NCBI GenBank assembly: GCA_024639825.1
Contig: JAHEGH010000002.1
Location: 28,575 to 92,574, forward strand
Direction: 5' to 3'
DNA length: 64,000 bases
Source of the DNA: Gammaproteobacteria bacterium
GTDB taxonomy: Bacteria > Pseudomonadota > Gammaproteobacteria > Steroidobacterales > Woeseiaceae
Part shown: positions 9,424 to 23,686 of the stretch, piece by piece
How the letters are laid out: each line of letters opens with the position of its first letter
Position numbering within the stretch: the stretch's first letter is position 1
Translations under genes and position numbers: made by a program
The notes under the pieces: generated by a model
The model's database searches: none
What the model was told of the DNA's origin: nothing
The model's input: the letters and a program-made list of their open reading frames with translations, nothing else

Positions 9424-11476
9424 GTGACCGTCGCCTGCCGGTTCGAAGCATGACCATGAAGAGGAACGCAGCGAGTAACCATGCCGCCCCCATGATGCGC
9501 ATTGCCGGCGCGCTCGTGGCCGTCGCCGGGAAACCGAAGATCGCATTCGCGCTTTGCCCGTACGGCATCAGGTTTGGTACCTGCTCGCTGGACAGCGGAT
9601 CGCCGGCTGGACGCACCGGGGTCTTGTCCACCGCGATCAGGCTCGTGTATTTGCTGACGAGATGGTGGGTCAACGCCGCCTCAAGAATACCTGCACGTAA
9701 CGCTTCGGCATTTCCGCCCCGGCGCTCCTGATCCATCAGCTCACCGATCCGCGCTCTTGCCCACAGCGCCGCGACACCCTCGCTCTGTACCGGCACATCG
9801 AGCACCAGGTCGGCCGTCCAGGCGCCCGCCACCGAGTTGCCGGTTATGCGCACCTCGTCGCCACGGCGAAACTTGTTCGACGCCCGCACTTTCACTAGCA
9901 CCGGTTCGCCCAGGTACAGGTCGGGTACGGTGGCTGGATAGCTGTCCACGATCACACCACTCGGCCAATGCATGTTGATGTCTGTGACCTGCGGGTGCTC
10001 GAGTTTCCGAAACAGCGCTTCCATCTTTTCGCTGACCTCGTGCAGCGCGCTTATCAATGTGTAGGAACCTCGCCCGGCCTCCGCGGCCTTGCGCATGAAC
10101 AGGCTGTTGGGTGCGGAACCGATGCCCACCGTAAACAGGCGCGCGGCGCCAAGACGTTGTTCGATCATCGAGAACATCTGGTCTTCGTAGCCAACGCTGC
10201 CGTCCGTAATGAAGACGATCTGCCGAAGATGGGATTCCTGGGCCGGCGTGCTTAAAGCGAGCTTAAGCGCCGGGCGCATTTCGGTACCACCGTCAGCCTG
10301 CAGCTTTTGCACAAAGTTGAGCGCGGTCGCAACGTTGCTGGCCGACGCCGGCATGCTGTGTGGGGATAGCGCGGTGGTGTAGGAGTTAAACTCGATGACG
10401 TTGAACAGATCGCCTGGCTGCAGCGCCTTGATCGCCAGATCCACAGCGCGTTTTGCCTGCGACATTGATACACCGTGCATCGAACCCGACGTATCGACAA
10501 TGAATATAGTCTCACGCGGCATTTGTGCCGGCGACGCGTCTTCCTGATCTGGCGGCATGACCATGAGCAGGTGATACGGCTTGCCATCGATCGTCTCGGT
10601 GAATGCCATCGCTCGCGGCTCAGCAGAGGGTACGGGTTGCCACACAAGCTCGAAGTCGTGGTTCATGATCGTTTTCTGGTCGGACAAGGCAACGGTGTAT
10701 TGCCCCTCCTTTTCCGACACGCTAACCGGGTGGTAACGGCTGGCGATGATCTTGAGAGGCATGCCAGCATTCACGTGGGCGTTCAACGAAATCTTGTGGT
10801 TCGAAGAACGGCTGACCTGCGGTGGCGTAATCAGCGATGCGTCGGCGACCTGATCGGTGTCTGCCGACCAGCCGTTTCCCTGTTTGTCCGGCAGCGCCTG
10901 TCCCGGGATATAGCGCGGCGTCAGTGTCATTGGGAATCGGATACTGAAGCGGCCATCTTCGTAGCGAAGATCTTCCAGGTACTCGATTTCGACAACCACC
11001 CGTTCGCCGGGTGCGACATTTGCCACTGACGTTGTAAACAGGTTGGCACGCTGTTGCTGCACGAGGCTGGCTTTCCTGCCGCTCTGCCTGGCCTGCTCGT
11101 ACTCCTTTTTTGCCTGTTCCTTTTCACGAATTTCTCCCTCGATGAAGCGATCACCTATGTGCAGGCGCATGCGATCAACTGCTGCCTTGTCGGGCAACGG
11201 AAAAACGTAGATGCCTTCCACCCACTCGCCACCCTCGTTGCGGAATTCCTGTCGAACCTTCACGCGCGCTACGAGACCGCTGATATCCATACGGACGTCG
11301 GTGTTAAGCGTGGTGGCGGTCGCGTACCCCTGTTCCATGCGCCACAAAAGACTGCCAGCCTGTGCAGCCCCGGGTGTGGCTTCATTGGCCGATACAGGCT
11401 CCGGAAACGCCTGCAGCACGAACAACAGTGCGAGAATCCATAGCCAGGATCGAAGATCGGATTTGATGGTTTGCAT
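9407..11476 (-). CDS. Sortase target protein with VIT and von Willebrand factor A domains (marine proteobacterial sortase target family)
   Basis: Signal peptide, a VIT-like region (GIYVFPLPDKAAVDRMRLHIGDRFIEGEI) and a vWA MIDAS motif (IFIVDTSGSMHG). The C-terminus carries FPATAT, a hydrophobic helix and an RRRSRGRRA tail. The ATG at 11476 is preceded by AAGGGAGG. Confidence 0.87.
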   Translation of the reverse strand: MQTIKSDLRSWLWILALLFVLQAFPEPVSANEATPGAAQAGSLLWRMEQGYATATTLNTDVRMDISGLVARVKVRQEFRNEGGEWVEGIYVFPLPDKAAVDRMRLHIGDRFIEGEIREKEQAKKEYEQARQSGRKASLVQQQRANLFTTSVANVAPGERVVVEIEYLEDLRYEDGRFSIRFPMTLTPRYIPGQALPDKQGNGWSADTDQVADASLITPPQVSRSSNHKISLNAHVNAGMPLKIIASRYHPVSVSEKEGQYTVALSDQKTIMNHDFELVWQPVPSAEPRAMAFTETIDGKPYHLLMVMPPDQEDASPAQMPRETIFIVDTSGSMHGVSMSQAKRAVDLAIKALQPGDLFNVIEFNSYTTALSPHSMPASASNVATALNFVQKLQADGGTEMRPALKLALSTPAQESHLRQIVFITDGSVGYEDQMFSMIEQRLGAARLFTVGIGSAPNSLFMRKAAEAGRGSYTLISALHEVSEKMEALFRKLEHPQVTDINMHWPSGVIVDSYPATVPDLYLGEPVLVKVRASNKFRRGDEVRITGNSVAGAWTADLVLDVPVQSEGVAALWARARIGELMDQERRGGNAEALRAGILEAALTHHLVSKYTSLIAVDKTPVRPAGDPLSSEQVPNLMPYGQSANAIFGFPATATSAPAMRIMGAAWLLAAFLFMVMLRTGRRRSRGRRA

Positions 11477-11596
11477 TACGGCCTCCCTTTGGCGTGATAA
11501 CCATTTAAAGGGGGCAATGGGCCGGACCGCGGCCTGTGTCATGGCAATGCACGGGCGGAATGTGGCAAATTGTGACGGACCAACAAGGGGACCCAG
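11477..11596. promoter_or_regulatory. Divergent control region between the target/sortase operon and the two-component operon
   Basis: 120-nt intergenic spacer. It has direct repeats TGGCAAT (11542-11548) and TGGCAAAT (11563-11570), 21 nt apart start to start. Promoter elements were not confidently identified. Confidence 0.3.
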
Positions 11597-12289
11597 GTGG
11601 CCAAACGAATAGCAATCGTCGAAGACGAAGCAGCAATACGGGAAAACTATGCGGCAGCGTTCAGCCGGGAAGGCTATGTCGTCGACGGCTACGAGGCGCG
11701 ACGGCCGGCGCTTGATGCATTCGAAAGCCGCCTGCCCGATCTTGTCGTCATTGACATCAATCTGAAAGATGATGTGGAAGGCGGGTTTGAGCTATGCCGC
11801 GAACTTCGGGCACGCGCTGCCGATCTGCCGATCATCTTCCTGACCGCAAGGGACAGCGAATTCGATGCGGTGTCAGGCCTGCGCCTCGGCGCTGATGATT
11901 ACCTCACGAAAGACATCAGCCTGCCGCATTTGATGGCGCGCGTTGCGGCGCTGTTTCGTCGCCTCGACGCGATGCAGAAGCCGCAGGGTACCGAGAGCCG
12001 CATAACGCGCGGTGACCTGAGTATCGATACAGAGCGCATGACGATTCGCTGGCAGGACGAGCCGGTCGGGCTGACTCTGACGGAGTTCTGGTTGGTCCAT
12101 GCTCTCGCGCGTTACCCGGGACATGTGAAGAATCGGCAGCAGCTTATGGATGCCGCGCAGGCGGTACTCGACGACAACACGATCACGTCTCACGTCAAAC
12201 GTATTCGTCGCAAGTTCCACGCTATCGATGAGAGTTTCGATTCCATCGAGACGGTTTATGGTATGGGCTATCGCTGGATCAGCAATTAG
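11597..12289 (+). CDS. OmpR-family response regulator of the dedicated sortase system
   Basis: Receiver domain (IAIVEDE...DLVVIDINL, with the phospho-accepting Asp context) plus a winged-helix output (LTLTEFWLVHALARYPGHV...VYGMGYRW). GTG start. Confidence 0.85.
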   Translation: MAKRIAIVEDEAAIRENYAAAFSREGYVVDGYEARRPALDAFESRLPDLVVIDINLKDDVEGGFELCRELRARAADLPIIFLTARDSEFDAVSGLRLGADDYLTKDISLPHLMARVAALFRRLDAMQKPQGTESRITRGDLSIDTERMTIRWQDEPVGLTLTEFWLVHALARYPGHVKNRQQLMDAAQAVLDDNTITSHVKRIRRKFHAIDESFDSIETVYGMGYRWISN

Positions 12290-14334
12290 TGAATCTTCGG
12301 CGCCAGCTGCTACTCGTCAGCCTGCTGACCCTGATGTTGCCCTGGGCTGGCTGTGAATTCATTCGTGAAACCGAGATTGCGCTGCGCTCGGGTCAAGAGC
12401 AGATGCTGGCTGGAACGGCCAGGGCGATTGCCGGCTCAATGGTTCAGTACCGCGACGAGTTTCCCGTCCGTGACAGGTCCTATAGCGTCGGTGATCAGCT
12501 GTACATATACCGCCTCGATTCGCGGCCCGAGATCGACGGGTATTTTGACGACTGGGCACTCCCGTCCGCGTCGTTGCGTTCATTACGAGGCAGCGATGGT
12601 CTCATCCGTTTTGCCGTTGCGTCGTATGCGGAGGCAACCTATCTCTACGTTGAAGTCGCCGATCGCGATGTTATCTATGCAACCGCACAGTCGCTTCTGG
12701 TCGATGGTGCATCACAATTTGCCGATCGGGTTACGCTGGTAAGCAACCGCCCATCCAAATTCAGCGAGGCATTTACGTTCGCGGCGGAAGCGCCCGGCAG
12801 AATAATAAGCTATCGCCAATCGCCCTTTGGCTTTGAAGCTCAGGCCACTATCACAGCGTTCTGGCAGGATATTCCTGGCGGGTATCATCTGGAGGCCCGT
12901 ATTCCATCAGGACAGCTTGGTCCACGCCTCGGCCTGGTCATTCAAAATACAGCCGACCCGTTGCAGGCAGGTACTCGCAGCAGCTCATTCTCGGGTCGCA
13001 TACCGGGCTTGGCGATGAGCAAGATTGCCGAGCTGGAGCAGGTCGCGGAAGAACTCGTAGGGCCTGACATGCGTCTGATCCTCACAGACGCTGATGGCTG
13101 GCGTGTTGCTGCAGCCGGTGAGCTCGGATCGGGCGCGGGAGAGCCCTCGGACAACGGCTTCGCGCGACGCCTGTACGACTTGCTTGTCGAGCGAGGCAAG
13201 GAGGCGGCTTTCGCAGAGCCCGATCCGCAGGGGCGCGAGCAGCAACCCTACGTCAGTGCGGCACTGGAGGGCCGGGAAACAGGGACGTGGTTCAGAAACG
13301 TCGATACCGGGACGGCCATCGTTGCGGTTGCTGCGCCAATAAGCGATGGCGTCGAGGTGATCGGCGCGGTCATGTTACAGCGTGGTACAGACGCCATCCT
13401 GAGCCAGAGAAACGAGGGCTTGTCCCGACTCATCAACGTCACACTGATCACCACACTGGTGGTCGCGGGCGCGCTGCTCGGCTATGCGACCTGGCTGTCG
13501 CGTCGCATTCGAGCACTATCGATTGCCGCCGAAGATGCGCTGGAAACGGAAGACCTGGCTTCGGCATTGCCGAGCGCCCTCGCCGAGGACGAGATTGGCG
13601 ATTTGTCGCGGAGCTTCTCCTGGGTGTTGCGGCAGCTCGGCGAGTACAACGAGTACCTGCGCTCGCTCGCGTCCAAGCTGTCGCACGAACTACGCACGCC
13701 GCTCGCAATTGTGACCTCATCGCTGGAGAACCTCGAGCATGAAGCGCTCAACGAGGCGTCGCTCGGCTACACGGCGAGAGCGCGCGAAGGTGCCGATCGC
13801 TTGCGGCGAATTCTCAGCGCTATGAGCGAGGCAAGCCGGGTTGAGGAGCTGATGAAGCATGCCGAACCCGAACAGTTCGACTTACGGGCCGTTCTCGACT
13901 CGACGACGCGGGCCTATCGCGACGTCTACAGGAATCGGGCGTTTGAATTTACCGGGCGTATTGAGTCGGCACAGACCACGGGGTCACCGGAGCTGTTGAT
14001 CCAGATGCTCGACAAACTGGTTGATAATGCTGTCGACTTTAGCGAGGACGATGACACCATCACGTTGTCGCTGGAAGAACGGGATGATGAGTTCCTCATT
14101 GCCGTTACCAATCCCGGACCTGAGCTTCCGGAGCGCATGCGCTCGCAGCTGTTCGACTCAATGGTTTCGGTGCGCAGCGGCAAAGACTCGCGCCATCTCG
14201 GTCTGGGCCTTTATGTTGCGCGCCTGATCGCAGAAGGGCACGGCGGCCGTATCAGTGCGGACAACGTCGAGGGCGGCGTCTGTTTCACCGTATCGATACC
14301 CTCCGGTTGCAATCTCGATGCAACAAAGCGATAA
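12289..14334 (+). CDS. Sensor histidine kinase of the dedicated sortase system
   Basis: N-terminal TM helix, a periplasmic domain of about 360 aa, a second TM helix, a HAMP-like linker, an H-box (LSHELRTPLAI), an N-box (LDKLVDNAVDF) and a G-box (GLGLYVARLIAEGHGG). The start overlaps the regulator's stop codon by 1 nt. Confidence 0.87.
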   Translation: MNLRRQLLLVSLLTLMLPWAGCEFIRETEIALRSGQEQMLAGTARAIAGSMVQYRDEFPVRDRSYSVGDQLYIYRLDSRPEIDGYFDDWALPSASLRSLRGSDGLIRFAVASYAEATYLYVEVADRDVIYATAQSLLVDGASQFADRVTLVSNRPSKFSEAFTFAAEAPGRIISYRQSPFGFEAQATITAFWQDIPGGYHLEARIPSGQLGPRLGLVIQNTADPLQAGTRSSSFSGRIPGLAMSKIAELEQVAEELVGPDMRLILTDADGWRVAAAGELGSGAGEPSDNGFARRLYDLLVERGKEAAFAEPDPQGREQQPYVSAALEGRETGTWFRNVDTGTAIVAVAAPISDGVEVIGAVMLQRGTDAILSQRNEGLSRLINVTLITTLVVAGALLGYATWLSRRIRALSIAAEDALETEDLASALPSALAEDEIGDLSRSFSWVLRQLGEYNEYLRSLASKLSHELRTPLAIVTSSLENLEHEALNEASLGYTARAREGADRLRRILSAMSEASRVEELMKHAEPEQFDLRAVLDSTTRAYRDVYRNRAFEFTGRIESAQTTGSPELLIQMLDKLVDNAVDFSEDDDTITLSLEERDDEFLIAVTNPGPELPERMRSQLFDSMVSVRSGKDSRHLGLGLYVARLIAEGHGGRISADNVEGGVCFTVSIPSGCNLDATKR

Positions 14335-14366
14335 AGTACTGCTTCGATCTCGTCAGGAGCAAGACA

Positions 14367-14912
14367 ATGATGTTACGTAACGGTTCTTCCTTGCTTGTCC
14401 TCGCGATTCTGATGTTTCCTGGCGTCGGTCAGGCCGCCCCCTCCAATTACGATGAATGCATTCTCGAATCGTTGAAGGGTGTGTCGAGCGACATCGCCGC
14501 CCAGGCAATCATTTCAAGTTGCCGCAACCTGTATCCCGAACAGAAGGAAGTCGCCGCCCGGGTAGAAAACACGGCTCCGCCGCAAACCACTGCGCCCATT
14601 CCGCAGCCGGTCCCGGTTGCTACGGGACCAGGCAGAAGTTTGACGGCTGCAGAACTCGACAAACTCAGAGCCACAATCAAGGCGTTTGGCAGTAGCTACA
14701 CCGCTACCATTCAGAACAAGAATGAGAATCTTACGGTTACCGAAGTGACCATAGCGGTCTGGGACGATTCCGACTCAAGCTCGTTGCGCGAGTATCCGCA
14801 GGAAGTGATGATTGCCCCGATGGAATCGGTGAAATCCAGGTTTACTGTCCACTACAGAGGCAACGAACTCACCTGGGCCTGGAAGGTTGCCTCAGCTAAA
14901 GGCTACGACTGA
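14367..14912 (+). CDS. Hypothetical secreted protein
   Basis: Signal peptide MMLRNGSSLLVLAILMFPGVGQAAP and a Pro-rich linker. No family recognised. Confidence 0.45.
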   Translation: MMLRNGSSLLVLAILMFPGVGQAAPSNYDECILESLKGVSSDIAAQAIISSCRNLYPEQKEVAARVENTAPPQTTAPIPQPVPVATGPGRSLTAAELDKLRATIKAFGSSYTATIQNKNENLTVTEVTIAVWDDSDSSSLREYPQEVMIAPMESVKSRFTVHYRGNELTWAWKVASAKGYD

Positions 14913-15319
14913 TTCGGGCTCGCAAATCGCCGTGGACGAACCCAGAACCAGCTGGCAACCACGATCCCGGCAAAAACCGTGTAGCAAACCGCGAACACCC
15001 ATGCGGGAGCCTGGTAGTACAGAATGGCGTCAAGCCAGTGAGAGATGAAGGCGCCAGAGTACGTAGCGTCTCCGGCGCGCTCGCGAAGCGCCATCTCCCA
15101 GGTCGTCAACGGACAGATCATCCCAAACCAGGATTGCAGTGTGACGACGCCAATGGCAGCAAGGTGTGTAATTCGAAACCCCGGGTTTCGAACCCAGCCC
15201 CAATTCCGGAACTTACCCGCAAAGATGAGCACCAGACCGAGAACCACGAACGTGACAAATAAGACGTGACCGAAGAGCAACGCGTCTGCGGCCAGCAGCA
15301 ACAGGGAGGCACGGTCCAC
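14903..15319 (-). CDS. DUF2784-like membrane protein
   Basis: LLFGHVLFVTFVVLGLVLIF...GMICPLTTWEMALRERAG resembles the DUF2784 pattern, from memory. Four hydrophobic helices. Confidence 0.6.
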   Translation of the reverse strand: MDRASLLLLAADALLFGHVLFVTFVVLGLVLIFAGKFRNWGWVRNPGFRITHLAAIGVVTLQSWFGMICPLTTWEMALRERAGDATYSGAFISHWLDAILYYQAPAWVFAVCYTVFAGIVVASWFWVRPRRFASPNQS

Positions 15320-15321
15320 CG

Positions 15322-15633
15322 TTATGCGCCGGGGGTCTTACGCGGGAGACCCGCCTCCGCCTTGACCTCAAGGGGGCCAAAGCGCGCCTTGATATAGCTC
15401 ATGGCGCCCACGGGAACCGAAAACCAGATTAGTGCACCGTAGAGTCCCAGCTCCACCAGGACAACGAAGGTGGTCGCCGCGGTAACCAGGAAAGTCACCA
15501 CGGAGAAGAATGCGGTGACCGCCGATTTAACTCCGACACTTCTCCGGCACTCAGGACATCGGGTATCCCGAAACAGTATCGCCTTGATTTGTATCGAGTC
15601 GCTGGAGCAGTGCGGACATCTTCTGCACATCAT
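15322..15633 (-). CDS. Hypothetical zinc-ribbon membrane protein
   Basis: CxxC...CxxC (CRRCPHC ... CPEC) followed by two hydrophobic helices. It lies 2-3 nt from both neighbouring genes. Confidence 0.4.
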   Translation of the reverse strand: MMCRRCPHCSSDSIQIKAILFRDTRCPECRRSVGVKSAVTAFFSVVTFLVTAATTFVVLVELGLYGALIWFSVPVGAMSYIKARFGPLEVKAEAGLPRKTPGA

Positions 15634-15636
15634 CTT

Positions 15637-16098
15637 CTACACCTCGGTCACCCGCTTACACGAAGAGCTACTCCCGAAGCCTGACATTCGGATCCAGGTA
15701 AAACATCTTCTTCCACCCCTGCGTCTCGGTATCCAACCGCGAGACACGAACTCACCGAAAGTTGCCAGTGAAGCATCCATGTGAGCGTAATAATGAAATC
15801 GCCATTTTGGTCCGAGGACAAGGCTAACGTTCCCCCCGCGACTGTTGTTGCCGCTGAAGACCACCAGCCCTCCGGTTGCGGCCAGAACGTGTTTTCCTTT
15901 TGGAGCGAAAATATCGATCCCTTTGTGAACGCCCGATGCACCCCAGGGCTCGTACCAGAAGGTCGCGTCGTTCCAGTCAGGGGTCGTAGCGCCCTCCACT
16001 GGAATCACCAGGCGCTCCGGCACCAGGTAGCCTGCGAGAAAAACCACCAGTATTGTGACGCCGATACGTTTAGCCAGACGTCTCTTTCGTTCAGCCAT
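15637..16098 (-). CDS. M23 family metallopeptidase, membrane-anchored
   Basis: HxxxD (VHKGIDI) and HxH-type (FHYYAHM) motifs, with an N-terminal TM helix (IGVTILVVFLAGYLV). Start taken at MAERKRR. Confidence 0.75.
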   Translation of the reverse strand: MAERKRRLAKRIGVTILVVFLAGYLVPERLVIPVEGATTPDWNDATFWYEPWGASGVHKGIDIFAPKGKHVLAATGGLVVFSGNNSRGGNVSLVLGPKWRFHYYAHMDASLATFGEFVSRGWIPRRRGGRRCFTWIRMSGFGSSSSCKRVTEV

Positions 16099-16609
16099 GA
16101 TCGGCACCGCACTTGATAATAGACTCAACCAATTCCCATTCTTTCCGGCTACGCTGCGGGTCGGGGTCCTGGCAACATTCCACCTTTCGAACCCGGGCAA
16201 TGTAGTCCTCGGGAAATTGATTGAACTCGCATCCCAGCACTACGTATTCCCGGTACCAGTCTGTCGGAACCAGTGACTCGTCTATTGCTCCCTCGTCGGC
16301 AATATAGGACTTGCACCAGCCGAACCCGGGGACCTCGAGTGTCAGGCTGTTATAGCCCGACCCCAGGCCTTCGCAACGATCAAGAATGACTTCTTCCGCG
16401 GTGGCAATCTCGTAGACCGCCACGTACACCCCGTCACCGTCCTCGGAGATCGTACATTTGCCCGTACCGTCCACATGGCTTGTCTTCGAAAAATTGAGGG
16501 ACCAGGTCGGAAGAAAGTCCGTGCCGAGAAGTGTTGCAGATGGCACTCGCCTGTCCAGTCGAACAGGATGGAGGTTAGAGCCGTAGGCTGCGTAGCGGTA
16601 CTTGTTCAC
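16091..16609 (-). CDS. Gamma-glutamylcyclotransferase-like (GGCT/AIG2-like fold) protein
   Basis: The N-terminal YAAYGSNLHPVRL matches the YGSN(L/M) motif of GGCT-like proteins. The rest is unassigned. Confidence 0.5.
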   Translation of the reverse strand: MNKYRYAAYGSNLHPVRLDRRVPSATLLGTDFLPTWSLNFSKTSHVDGTGKCTISEDGDGVYVAVYEIATAEEVILDRCEGLGSGYNSLTLEVPGFGWCKSYIADEGAIDESLVPTDWYREYVVLGCEFNQFPEDYIARVRKVECCQDPDPQRSRKEWELVESIIKCGADHG

Positions 16610-16651
16610 AATATGGTCATGGTAGATTTGTCGAACGTCGATACGACCCGG

Positions 16652-17209
16652 TTAATCCGCCTCACAACCGACCAACCTGAACGACGTCTCGTAGACCGAT
16701 TCGGCGTTTACGAATACGTTGACTGTCACAATGCCATCAACGTAATCCACGTCTCGTAAGTTGAGACCAGTGCTAACGAATGTTAAAGCGTAGTGTGGGT
16801 GTATTCGATTTTTCCACAGATACCGACCACCCGTTTCATCATGCTCGGAGTGCGACCAGACATACTCGACGAGGGTATCTTTGACTCTGCTCGTTGGATA
16901 CCGATGGCCGACGAAACGACTGTGAACGTCTGTAAAACGAATGGCGAGTGTGACTCCGATCCGACGCACCCTGCGACAATCGACGAGCACTGAACCGAGC
17001 GGCAACACCGGATTCCTGAAGGTATTGTCGTACACAGCCGTACCCTTGATCACCGACTTCTTGAATTCCTGGTAGGCACGCAATTTCTTTTGGTCACTAA
17101 CGTACCGGGCGACAGGAACGACCTCGAGAACTTCGGGAGCCGACAGGCATTCATTTGCCAGCAGGAGAACAGAGCAAACCGGGATCGTGAAGATGACCTT
17201 TCGCATCAT
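16652..17209 (-). CDS. Hypothetical secreted protein
   Basis: Signal peptide MMRKVIFTIPVCSVLLLANECLSA. The gene is AT-richer than its surroundings and starts 12 nt after the gltD stop. Confidence 0.4.
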   Translation of the reverse strand: MMRKVIFTIPVCSVLLLANECLSAPEVLEVVPVARYVSDQKKLRAYQEFKKSVIKGTAVYDNTFRNPVLPLGSVLVDCRRVRRIGVTLAIRFTDVHSRFVGHRYPTSRVKDTLVEYVWSHSEHDETGGRYLWKNRIHPHYALTFVSTGLNLRDVDYVDGIVTVNVFVNAESVYETSFRLVGCEAD

Positions 17210-17221
17210 CCCGCCATCGTC

Positions 17222-23091
<5,870 letters not shown>

Positions 23092-23221
23092 GAGAATCGC
23101 CCGCTGGCGGTCCTCGACAGAGGTTGTGTTGCTTTGAGATGGCGCAGAACGCCGTGAACCACTCAGTATAGGTTAGGAACCAGCGCCTCGCATCTGTTGC
23201 TTTCGCAACCAAACACGCGCT

Positions 23222-23686
23222 CTAGTTCAGTCGAATGGTGCCCTGCGTGCGGTAGGCGACAGGTGGCGTCAGCGGAATGTCGATGCCGAGCTGGCCATCG
23301 AGCTGATAGGGGACCTCACGTCGCGTGCCATCGCGCATAATGGAAAGTAACTGCGGTCCCGTCGTCAGCAGGTCAAGTTCAACACTGATTACAAACTGGG
23401 CGTCACCGCTCGCCGGGACGGAAAAGTCGCTCGCGGTCTTGCCGCTTGCGAACCGCTGGCCGTCGAGCCGCACACCGTAGCTGACATGATTAACCGGCAG
23501 CGGGAACGGATTCGGGTTGTGGATATCGAAGGACAGCAGGAATGTCTGATTATTAAAGCCCAGCCCGACCATCTGCACATCGCGCAGCTGGACGTCAGGC
23601 TTGCTCATGAGGTTCTCGGGAAGCGACGCGCAGCCAGCGAGCGCCAGCATGATCCCCATGATCGCCAGTCGTCTACTTGATTTCAT
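23222..23686 (-). CDS. LEA type 2 (Water stress/Hin1-like) lipoprotein
   Basis: Lipobox LALAGC, then VQMVGLGFNNQTFLLSFDIHNPNPFPLPVNHVSYGVRLDGQRFASG, typical of LEA_2. Confidence 0.65.
   Translation of the reverse strand: MKSSRRLAIMGIMLALAGCASLPENLMSKPDVQLRDVQMVGLGFNNQTFLLSFDIHNPNPFPLPVNHVSYGVRLDGQRFASGKTASDFSVPASGDAQFVISVELDLLTTGPQLLSIMRDGTRREVPYQLDGQLGIDIPLTPPVAYRTQGTIRLN

Noticed and set aside
9424-9546. N-terminal extension of the sortase ORF, reaching 140 nt into the target gene.
   Set aside because: The extension is Arg/Ser-rich and lies antisense-free but fully inside the target's C-terminal coding region. A GTG at 9423 just before the TM helix gives a typical sortase length. The start remains uncertain.
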